Assembly: GCA_040954595.2 (NCBI GenBank) | Contig: CM082578.2 | Coordinates: 17,121,703-17,185,702, forward strand | Direction of reading: 5' to 3' | DNA length: 64,000 nucleotides | Source: Balanoglossus misakiensis | Lineage: Eukaryota; Animalia; Hemichordata | Part shown: one piece after another, positions 51,429-61,386 of the stretch | How positions within the stretch are numbered: position 1 is the stretch's first letter | How the letters are laid out: each line of letters begins with the position of its first letter | Made by a program: the position numbers and the translations under genes | Notes under the pieces: generated by a model | Told to the model about the DNA's origin: nothing | What the model saw: only the letters and a program-made list of their open reading frames with translations | The model's database searches: none

Positions 51429-52899
51429 TCTTATCCCTGCAGTTGGCAGCGTGTGATACAAAATAAGGGTTCTACGTAAACTCCAGTCATCCACACTGAA
51501 AAATCGACGGTCAAAGTCAGGACTGGTCGGTGCGTGTCCTCATATATTTACACTTCTTGCGCTATGACGAGCGACCTCAATGTCGACCGAGAGAGAAGGA
51601 CTTGACCCCAGCCGGTGTACGTGCGCGTGGACGGGATGTCATGGGGTCAAGAGATTGACCTGTCGTCGTGCGAATACAACCGACATCGACCCAACACCAA
51701 CTTGGAAACAGCGGTACAAAAGTTTCAGCGACTCAGATATTCACATTTCTTTTCATTTGAATGGAATTCATATATTACAGTTAAGCTTTTAATTACACGT
51801 ACATGTAGGCCTAGGCCTATATGGTTGTTCGTAGGAAATTGGAAAACAGAGCCTTCATCACCATCATCATCATTATCATCATAATCACGATCACCAGTTT
51901 CAGTTTCGATGGAACTATTCTCATAGTTACTCACTAATTCAGTAAATTACATCATAAGCCGTTGAGGGTGCGCGTTATTAGGAAAACTCACTTTACTTAC
52001 CAACCAATATATACATTTTGTTTATTGATGGAAATAAATTCAACCTTTTCATCTCATAAAAACGCAGAGCTGACATCAAAGGAACACAATACGTACAAAA
52101 CTTATCTGACTGAAAATAAAATAAAAGATTCCTTACATTTCATCCAATAAAGAAAAAAACGTTTAGTTAATATAGAAAGTCGCTTATGGTTTGTAAAAAA
52201 AGTATGAACTAAATCCAGTTGAAATGATTCACTGTGAAAACCATATTATCGCTGGCGAGATGTGCGTGGTTAGACGGAGTCACGATCGCCGGACTAGCAA
52301 CGGTTCATAAATAATAATCGAAACATCAAATATAAAACCAATCAGAGAGAATCTTCCAACAAAACATAAACGACTTGCCTCGATTTTCTCAGCAGAGGTA
52401 AAAACAACAGTGAGTAGAAACAAAGCTTATTTTTCGAGCTCTAGATCCAGATCTGAATGACGGTGGCATATTTCTTACGATGAAGACTTTTGCTGTTATT
52501 TTGCGCAACTTTTTTATGTGAATCCATATTCTATTTGTTATTCTCTTTCACCCCACGTCTCCTATTACAAATCCAATGTTCTATATTCAAGACGCTCAAC
52601 ATGTACAGAAACTACATGGTTATACACCAGATAATACTGTTTTTTTCTGTCGTGTTTCGGGTTCCGATTCATGACACTCGAGTAGAGTCATGCAAAGAAC
52701 GTCGACCTCTTCGGCAGTCATCGGAATCCATCGATGATCAGCAAACAGTACTAACACCTTGAAGGCGATTTTGTGTGCTCGTCATTATTTTGGTCCCTAT
52801 TTAAATTAATCCCGAGAGATAGTTGCGCACGCATGACACCCCGCGTTTATTGCTCTCAGTTTAATCGACCTCCTATTTAACACCCGTGCTGATAATTTA

Positions 52900-54518
52900 T
52901 CACACGTCTGTTTCTATTCTAGTCCGGTCTGGTTCATTTTCATCTTCGCTCGGGTAAAAGACTTCATCGTTCTCTGGAACTTCCTCAATTGCCAGTTGCG
53001 TCTGTGACGTGTCTCGAAATTTGAATCGAACCGCAGCCTCGTACGTTGGCGGCGGTGTTTCGGGCACACTGCCCTGTCTCTCGGCGACTCTGTTGTACTC
53101 CGGCGGCTGGTCCGGTGCTGGTAAATACGGCGACGGCGAGTTGGGATCCCCGTCGTAGCTGTTGCCGTCTGGATAGCTGGGTATATGCACCCGTCGACCG
53201 TCGGGCAGCTGTAAAGTATTCGCTGAAAGACTTGAAAGGCGTCTGATTTCAAATGGGCGGTACCATGCAGGGACGTACGAATATCCTGAAAACGAAAAGT
53301 CATCACAAATTCTAGTTAGGCGTACACAGGACCATTTGACCATAAAATTGCGAAACTAGCGTCGACAAACACATCCATCAAACATGGTACTTACTTCCCG
53401 TACTGTGTAACGGCTGTCAAACATGGTTTTTATGTGTTTGATCTGGCAGTTATAACATAATAATATCTATAGCATTAAAGAATACTTGATTTATATCCCA
53501 TATAGATATATTTCTTGTTGTAATGACCACAACGAAATTCTTTATTACACCATTCAAACCTCGGATGACGCAAATCAGTCGTCATTCCTACTGAGGAAGG
53601 TTTTTTTTTCTCTAAACCTTTTCATATGTGTGATCTATTGTACCGTGGCATGAATTTGTAGTCAACACGAATGTGAATATTAAATCTGCAGATAGTCAAA
53701 TTCAATTAGCCTCACGCACTTCTTTCGTTATTTGGTCTCCTGCCTGTTGGCGGCGCTTGCTCTCGACTCCCAGGTTGGTGTTGTGGATTCCGAAGGGCTA
53801 TGCAGATGCAACACAAGCACAGTCCAAATATGGAAAGTAGAGACACGACTGTAGCCACTATAATGACACGTGACGTGTAATTTTCGTCGACATAATAGTC
53901 GTCACCATTCGACCAATCAGTGGGCTCTAGAAAAAAATCAATACATGGTGGAAATGAGTACAGGTGGTTCCTTAGACTGAAAGATTCGGTCATGTGCGGG
54001 TGCTCTGGCAATGCCTATGGCTGTATTACTGAGTTTACTGACGACTATGAATTTGCAATATACTTATTTATTTCATACTAAGGCTACTTATATTTTTTAA
54101 TTTATGATCTTCGCTACTACGAATTGAAGAGAGAAGTATTTGACTTATCCCTCTATTTACCAACTAATCTTGATTTTTAAATGGGTCTGTTTCTGTTGAT
54201 AAGATGGTTGCTTTGTTGTGTTTCAAACTCGGGGGATACTCACTTCAAATATGAAAAGTTTGCATTATTTGTTCTTGGATGCCTGGTAGAAAATGCTTGA
54301 TTGTGTCATGGAGGTTGGTATCGCATGAGTCATCGTGCGGCGCGGTTTGGACGGAGAGAGAAATGGGACATCAAATGTTTGTACGGTTTTACCTTGATAA
54401 TCCTGGCTTTCACAGAAAGCACCGTGGTAGCCATGAAGGCAGGAGCAGACGCCAGACACACAAATACCGTTGTAGTTGCAATCATACGCACTGCTACAGT
54501 CTCCGTGATTGGCAGAGT
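52900..54518 (-). CDS. Single-pass membrane protein with EGF-like domain, Cys-rich TM end and PPxY motifs (5'-partial)
   Basis: Exon 54518-54393 encodes the EGF domain (CSSAYDCNYNGICVSGVCSCLHGYHGAFCE). Exon 53926-53720 encodes the TM (VIIVATVVSLLSIFGLCLCCICIAL). Exon 53285-52900 encodes PPEY and PPTY and ends ETDV, a possible PDZ ligand. All junctions are phase 1. The start/signal exon was not found. Confidence 0.8.
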
Positions 54519-54896
54519 CTGAAAATGAATGGTGGACTGCGTTATTTATGGTTTGCTGCTTGCACTGCCATGAGTCACCTTTGACATCCAGGGGCAGCTT
54601 CGTCTAATGACTGTATGGGGACTTCATTGAGCCTGAAGGAATCTCGATGTGCGAGATCTGGCTCAGCTCACGCGAATATTTGAACTTTGACCTGTGTGTG
54701 AGATTGCCGCTGTTCTTCCCATGAGGCAAAAAGGCAAATACGTCTACCCCTCTTGTGGCCGACAAACTACTGCATATATGATACACGTCAAATCAAGAGC
54801 TAACCTAAGGATATTATATTTTTTAGGTTTATCTTAAATGTTTACATTGTTATAAGATCGGTAATTGCTGGTACCCAGAAGAAAGTACATTGTACA

Positions 54897-54936
<40 letters not shown>
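54897..54936. repeat. (ATG)n microsatellite at the 3' junction of the Tx1 element
   Basis: About 13 units directly adjoining the element's A-rich tail (T-run 54938-54946 on +). Confidence 0.95.
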
Positions 54937-55054
54937 CTTTTTTTTTGACTTTTGAAAATAAACCTTTATTGCGTAAAATAAAATTATTTACACTTTATTG
55001 AAATGCAGAAGAATTCATAAATTCAGACTAAAATAATACAAAGTGAACATTGTT

Positions 55055-55235
55055 CCAGGGTTGTAGGATTTACAACTGATACATATTCCAGGGTTGACGG
55101 CAGAGAAGTATTGCAGGGTTGACGGCAGCTACATGTATGTACTGCAGGGTTGACAGCATAGATGTAATACAGGGTTGAAGGCCGAGATGTACTGTAGGGT
55201 TGACGGCAGAGATGTATCCTAGGTTAGACGACGGG
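55055..55235. repeat. ~25-31 bp minisatellite (core CAGGGTTGACGGCAGA) in the Tx1 3' UTR
   Basis: About 7 degenerate tandem units, e.g. CAGGGTTGACGGCAGAGAAGTATTG, CAGGGTTGACAGCATAGATGTAATA, TAGGGTTGACGGCAGAGATGTATCC. Confidence 0.85.
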
Positions 55236-55284
55236 AACGTTACAGCAGTAATGAGGCTGAAATGAGAACAAAGTGTGTAACCCT

Positions 55285-55352
55285 CTGACGAATGGGCGAA
55301 CCATGTTGGGATGGTTCCCGTGAGGAGTACGGAGCCCAATCCCAAACGTCAG
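55285..55352 (-). other. Predicted cis-acting structured RNA (3-way junction) in the Tx1 3' UTR
   Basis: Closing stem CUGACG-uu-UGGG / CCCA-uu-CGUCAG; hairpin CCGU-ACUCCUC-ACGG; hairpin GAACCAU-CCCAAC-AUGGUUC. The core is repeated at 5648-5670. Confidence 0.65.
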
Positions 55353-55426
55353 CATTGTAGCCTATTGCTCCAATGAAAGCGTGTGTGTAAGTGTTTATCA
55401 TTATTACACAGAACTAGTACAAGTGA

Positions 55427-58400
55427 TTACGATAAAATTGTAGCAATGTTTAAGTTTCCTTCATGAACTGAAGCCAAGGCATTATTGATGCACCACATGT
55501 TTATAAAGACGTCAGTTTTTGAGCAGTTTCTGTAGTAGGTAAATTCATTGATTAAACGAGAACGTACACGGACTTTAAAGAGATCGACAAGGGAAAAGCT
55601 TTGGTTTGAGATTCCTTCAGTAAGAGCTATGTGACGGGTAATATGAATTGAGAGTTTAGCAGTAACAAAAAGAAACATTAAAAGGGGGCTGGTATGTTTT
55701 GTAACATCTTTGTTACAGACTGGCCCTAAAATGAACCACCAATAAGGAATTTTGCACACAGTACCCAGGATGCGTTGACACAAGGTACGAATGATCTTGA
55801 AAAGAGGATTTAACCGAATACACTCGAGAAAAATATGGAGCAAGTCGTCTTTGGTTTGACAGAAAACACAGTTTGGGGTGGGGGCATAATTACAACTAAA
55901 CATAAAAGTACCGGTAGCATATGCGCCATGCAGTATGCGCCACTGCAGGTCACCGTGTGATTTTGGAATAAGTCTAGTGTAGCACAATTTAAAATCAGGT
56001 TTAATACTGTCTGGCAGGGACAAAACATCTCTCCAAACTGTATCCTGACGATTGGGGAGATTATTACACATAGATACATTAATGAGAAATTTGTAAATTT
56101 CACCTTTTTCACTTTTGTATAATGGGCAGTTGAGGAGGACATCGGGTTTCGAGTATACCAACTCAAACAAGTAAGAGTACTCGTTGGATCTAGTGTCTGA
56201 AATGCCTTTAAAAAATTCCTAATTTCCTTTATCCAATTAATTGGTAAGGAGCTATGAATAGTTTGAAGAGTGCGGATGAAGATCCTCATAGAGTGAAATT
56301 GAACTTTGTCTTTAAAATAATCTGCAGTGTGCCACATCTTTCTGTCAATATTAATTAGGTCCGCGACCTTGGTAATGCCAGCATCAACCAGATTTTGAAC
56401 TATGGTAGTTTCATGCCCAACAGAAAGTTGAACCAGGTCATTATAGAAAAGAGGTTCGTTAAGAATATCACAAATAGCTGTGGGATGATCTTTCCTAAGT
56501 CTTTTAATCGAATTCCATGTTTTGAGGAGATCACGATAAAATAAAGGCAAAGTTCCTGGTATCGAAGGAATTTCAATTGCAAGAAGTTGAGCGCCATAAT
56601 CTAGAGCATGGACTGTTTTAAAATAGTAATCCAAGAAAGAAAACGAAGGATGATCCAGGGAGGAATGGAGAAACCTCTGCAAACGTTGCAAACGGAAAGC
56701 ATTGATCCGAACAGGAAGACAAACGAGGTTCTGACCCCCACTTTCAATGCGAGCATAAAGTAAGTGAGCTGGAAGCCAGTGCCGGCCTTGCCAGAAGAAA
56801 TCAAGAAACGTATTTTGAATATAAGAAATGATATCAGGGGGAGGAGATAAACAAACTAGTCTATGAAACAGTTTAGTAGCAGCCAGATGATTAATAACAA
56901 TTACACGCCCCCGATATGACATAGCTTTTACAAACCTTGACCACCAAGAAAGCTTATTATTGATTTTGCGAACACAGTCATCCCAATTTTGTTGAAAGAA
57001 CTCATCCGTATTCCCAAGGTAGATACCAAGAATTTTAAGCCCTCTACTATTCCATTTGATTCCCAAGGGGTGGTCAGTTCTACCTCGCCATCTTCCAACC
57101 CACAAACCTTCAGATTTACCATAATTAATATGAGCATTGCTCGCGTTTTCATAACTACAAAGCCACTGGCGCATTTTACTGAAGTCAGAATTCTTAGTGA
57201 TCAAAAAGCTAATATCATCTGCATATGCAGAAAGTTTACACTTACGATCATTGCTTTTGGGGATAGTAATCCCCAAAATATTGGTTTCAGATCTAATTTT
57301 ATGTAATAAAGGTTCAATACAAATAGCATAAAGTTGTCCTGATAAAGAGCAACCTTGTCTTATACCCCGTTGAAATTGAACTGGACCAGTCAGGGCGCTA
57401 TTCACACGAATGACACTTTCAGTGTTAGTATACAAAAGATCAATGTATTTTATAAAAGTTTCACCAAAACCAAAAGCTTTGAGTGCTCTGAGAAGATAAT
57501 TATGGTGAACCCTATCAAACGCTTTTTCTTGGTCGACAGAGAGAATACCAAGGGGAAGATTAAACTCATTATGGTAGTTAATACAATCTCTAATCAGGTG
57601 AATATTGTCAAAAATCTGTCTGCCTGGAATGGTGTAGCTTTGATCAAGATGAATAACATTGTGTAAAACACCACGGAGACGAATGGACAAGGCTTTCGTA
57701 AAGATTTTATAATCAGAACAGAGTAAGCTGACAGGCCTCCAGTTTTTTAGTAGTGTGTTGTCGCCTGGCTTTGGTATAAGCGATATTACAGCTCTCCGAC
57801 ATGAAGTTGGAAGAAAACCTTCTTTAATTGAGGCATTTAACATTTCATGCAAGTCTCTCCCGAGACTAGACCAGAAAGTTTTATAAAACTCAACAGGGAG
57901 ACCATCAATACCAGGTGTTTTATTAGTAGAAACATAATTCAGAGCGTTTGTAAGCTCCTCGAACGAAATTGTGTCATCACAAAGCTCAACATTTTCCGGG
58001 TTAAGTTGTGGCAGATCCTTAAGAATAGTTTCTTGATCATTGTAAGAAGTAGGGTCTGGTGTATAAAGCTTCTGATAGAAATCACGAACCATATTGCGAA
58101 TTTCAGCTTGGTTTTCAGTTAAGGTTTGATCGTGAAGCCTAAGCTGAGTGATATTTTTACGCACTCCTCTATGTTTCTCAAGTGAGTAAAAGAAATGAGT
58201 GTTAGCGTCTGCTTCATTAAGAAGCTGATGTCTGGAGCGGATAGCAGCTCCTCGAGTCTCAGTTTTTATCAAATTATCAAGAAGCTCCTTTTGTTGCTGA
58301 TACCTAGCATTCAGGTTAGGCTGTTTATCAATAATACACTCAATTTGTTCAATTTCATTAACAATATCCTGTTTCATACGTTTGTAGTTGTTAGTACGTT

Positions 58401-59352
58401 CATGACTGTATTGCTTACTCAATTCTTTGATTTTGTGTTTACCAATATCCCACCAACTCTGTAAAGACTTAAATCTGAATTTCTCTTTTTGCCATTTTTC
58501 CCAGAATTGGCGAATAAGAGTACAATAGTCTTCTTCATTAAGAAGACTAGAATTGAGGCACCAGACTGGATTTTTACTCCGAGAATTTTTGACAGAGATA
58601 TTAATTGAGACAATCGAGTGATCAGAAACATTCACAGAGGAATCAATGGCTGCAGACGTAATTTTTGAAGTAAGCCAATTATTTACATAGAAGGTATCAA
58701 TACGAGATTTATTATCTCCTCTTTGCCAAGTATAATTCCGTGCATTGTTGTGGAAATAGCGCCAGGCGTCAGAAAGTTTAGATTTATGCATAATTGAAGC
58801 AAGAAGACGCGACGATTTGAGATGTGGTTCAACTGTGGAAGTACGATCCAACTGAGGCTTAAGAGTACAGTTAAAATCCCCACCAATAATTACGGTATCA
58901 TCAACACTGATCTCACTTAACAACTTTTCAAGTTTCTTAAAGAAGCTGAAACGGTCACCTCCATTGTTTGGAGCATAAACATTAATGAGATTAACATAAT
59001 TATCGTCAATTTTGACGCGAAGATGTAGTAAATGACCATGAACAACACTTTGAGAGGAAATAATATCGACCTTCTTATTTTGTGAAAGCATTATGGCAAC
59101 GCCAGCAGAGTTACTAGAACCATGGGAGAAATAAATTGGTGCACGCCAAACTATTTGCCATTGCGCTTCATCGTTTGGCGTCGAATGGGTTTCTTGAAGA
59201 AAGTAAAAGTCAGACCGATTAATTAATTTTAAAGTCGAAAGGACATCATACCTTTTCAAAGAATCATGACCACCATTAATATTCCATGTAGCAGTGGAAA
59301 TATTAATCATCAGCAGGCAAGAGATTATAAGTAAAAAATCCATTGAGACCAT
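55427..59352 (-). CDS. Tx1 ORF2: APE endonuclease, reverse transcriptase and C-terminal Zn finger, split by one -1 frameshift near 56210
   Basis: EN motifs TWNING, LQETH, GGDFN, RID, SDH. RT motifs TPGIDG, NWRPVSLL, DQEKAFDRV, GIRQGCSLS, YADD, LGIYL. The C-terminal part (GDLQWRILHG, CVFC...HIFLEC) lies in the -1 frame (55427-56170 ORF). Confidence 0.92.
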
Positions 59353-60917
59353 TATTTAGGGGTGTTACCTTTAGTTCTAACATGAGTAAACAGCTTTGCC
59401 ATGAGTCTCTGTATCCTGACTTTTTGTTTGTTATCAACAAGAGTGGTTTTGCGTAGCTTGTTGAATGATTTAATCAGCAATCTTATATCTGAACAGTACT
59501 CATAGCATTGTTCTATCATATTCTTCGATCCCTTAATTTCCTCTAAAAAAGCAATGAGATTAGTAGCTTGAACCTCCCTACGTTCAGAAAGTTCAGAAAT
59601 GTCAGAAGTGTCAGAGGTCATAGAAATATTATCAGGAAGTTCAGAAGTCACAGAGATGCAATCAGCATCCGAATCTGAACACTGACTAAGAATGTCAAAA
59701 CTATTAGACGTACTAAATGGTGTTGAAACTGTAATCTGGGAATCAGGAGGGACTGATTCCTTTCTGGATTTGTGAAAATTCACACCAGAGAAAGGAGTCT
59801 CGGGAAAATCAAGGGAGAGGGAGGAGGAGGGATCGGAAGAGGAGGGGAGGGAAAGAGAAGACAACACAGAAGGAGTGGAAGGAAAAGAAGAAGGGGGTAG
59901 TACCCTGTCTTCATCAATATCACCTACATTAAAAGGCCTTGTTTCTGTGTCTTTGTTAGTCTTCTCTTCCGTAGTAACACCACTTGTACTTCCATTACTA
60001 CTGGTTTTTTCCTTTGCAATTACATCATCTGCACCCTCAACCATATTAACACTTGTATTATTCATTGTTTTATCATCTGCCCTCTCAGAGCTGTTGTTAT
60101 TGATTTTTTCAGGCATGATTACATCATTGACACCTTCTGTCTGCATCTCATTATCATTTCTCTTTTGTGCAAGATCGTTAACACTTTTGTTCACACCTAC
60201 AGTAATATCATTATCGCTGTTTACCTCAGTCTGCATCTCATTATCATTTCTCTTTTGTGCAAGATCATTAACACTATTATTCACACCTACAGTAATATCA
60301 TTATCGCTGTTTTCTGTTCTAGCTTGCCATGTGCTTACAACTTCACGAGTAAGAGGGCAAGATTTGCGGATATGTCCTTTTGCCCCACAAAGAAAACATC
60401 TCATTTCGTCTATCGTAATATATATTGGGTAAAGACGATCTTCATATTTAACATTGATGAGGCCATCAATATTTTCATTATGCAATAAAACATGGATTTG
60501 CCGTCTGAACGACTTTACGTGTTTCAACGCAGGATTTTTGCATCCTAGAGGAATAGGCCTCATGTTCCCGACCACTCTACCCAATTTCCACAACTCTTCT
60601 TCTAAGTATTCATTTGGTATAAAAGGGGGGACGTTAGAAAGAATAAGTTTCGAAGCTGGCTTCACCATATGCTCAACGTCAACCATTTCACCTTTAACCG
60701 ACAGTCTGGATTCTACAATGCTTTCTACATGCTCAAGCGAAGCCAGGAACACCACAACAGAACGATTCATGCGTGAGGCAGCGATAATATTCTCGCTCCC
60801 AATCTCCTTAGCAATTTCCTCAACATAACTCTCCACAGGGAGATCTTGAACATTAGTGCACCTTATCGCGTGTTTCCTAGTCAATCTACGAAATGGACTG
60901 TCAGCGTGGGCAGCCAT
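59352..60917 (-). CDS. Tx1 ORF1 (RRM-like region, CCHC zinc knuckle, low-complexity tail), 521 aa
   Basis: Tx1-type ORF1 motifs LTRKHAIRC, AASRMNRSVVVFL, LSNVPPFIPNE, HVKSFRRQ; zinc knuckle CFLCGAKGHIRKSC. The stop overlaps the ORF2 start (TAATG). Confidence 0.92.
   Translation of the reverse strand: MAAHADSPFRRLTRKHAIRCTNVQDLPVESYVEEIAKEIGSENIIAASRMNRSVVVFLASLEHVESIVESRLSVKGEMVDVEHMVKPASKLILSNVPPFIPNEYLEEELWKLGRVVGNMRPIPLGCKNPALKHVKSFRRQIHVLLHNENIDGLINVKYEDRLYPIYITIDEMRCFLCGAKGHIRKSCPLTREVVSTWQARTENSDNDITVGVNNSVNDLAQKRNDNEMQTEVNSDNDITVGVNKSVNDLAQKRNDNEMQTEGVNDVIMPEKINNNSSERADDKTMNNTSVNMVEGADDVIAKEKTSSNGSTSGVTTEEKTNKDTETRPFNVGDIDEDRVLPPSSFPSTPSVLSSLSLPSSSDPSSSLSLDFPETPFSGVNFHKSRKESVPPDSQITVSTPFSTSNSFDILSQCSDSDADCISVTSELPDNISMTSDTSDISELSERREVQATNLIAFLEEIKGSKNMIEQCYEYCSDIRLLIKSFNKLRKTTLVDNKQKVRIQRLMAKLFTHVRTKGNTPK
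60135..60311. repeat. 90-bp in-frame tandem duplication in ORF1
   Basis: NSDNDITVGVN(N/K)SVNDLAQKRNDNEMQTE occurs twice. Confidence 0.9.
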
Positions 60918-61125
60918 ATTGCCGACCCCGGGCTGCCACTCGGTGGCAAAGAAAACAATCCACCAAAAATCCCCCCAATCAGCACAAATATGACAGTAAA
61001 AATCGAGTAAAGTGAAACAGTACCGTACTCACAATACTGTAGTTGAACGATTTTTGAGGGATGGTACCTCTAACACCAGAAAAGCAACGCCAAGTCAGGA
61101 GCGCTTCTGTACCGCCACCACCACC

Positions 61126-61160
61126 ATGATGATGATGATGATGATGATAATGATGATGAT
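61126..61160. repeat. (ATG)n microsatellite at the 5' junction of the Tx1 element
   Basis: Direct reading; one ATA interruption. Confidence 0.95.
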
Positions 61161-61386
61161 ACAGAGAACCACGTGCTTTCGAAGAAGCGCGTCGGATCGG
61201 GACAACTTCGGGGGGGGGAGCGCGATTTAGAGAAAACTGTCTGGAACGAGGGCATTCGAGGAACAACGCTGCACGTGCCTTTTTTGAAACGTTCGACTAT
61301 CAAACCGATAACTGTGTTTTGTGTGTACAAGAGAAGTCAAGACTTCATTTGGTAGTCACCTATATAACATTAAGGATATTAGGAAC

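Larger units (their letters stand above)
54937..61125 (-). mobile_element. Apparently full-length Tx1-clade (L1 group) non-LTR retrotransposon
   Basis: The 5' end GGTGGTGGTGGCGG abuts (CAT)n. It is followed by a ~200-nt 5' UTR, ORF1 with a CCHC knuckle, ORF2 (APE-RT-Zn finger), and a 3' UTR with AATAAA signals (TTTATT at 54965 and 54994 on +) and an A-tail. (ATG)n lies on both sides. Confidence 0.93.

Noticed and set aside
55055-55235. CRISPR-like repeat/spacer appearance
   Set aside because: Eukaryotic context, spacers are short and mutually similar, and there are no cas genes. It is a minisatellite.
55285-55352. Hammerhead (CTGACGA on +) or HDV-like (UCCUCAC loop on -) ribozyme assignment
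   Set aside because: No properly placed GAAA/stem II for a hammerhead and no P3/P1 pairing for HDV. Kept as an unclassified structure.
59875-60828. Plus-strand ORFs of 107-185 aa with hydrophobic stretches
   Set aside because: Antisense shadows of low-complexity Tx1 ORF1.
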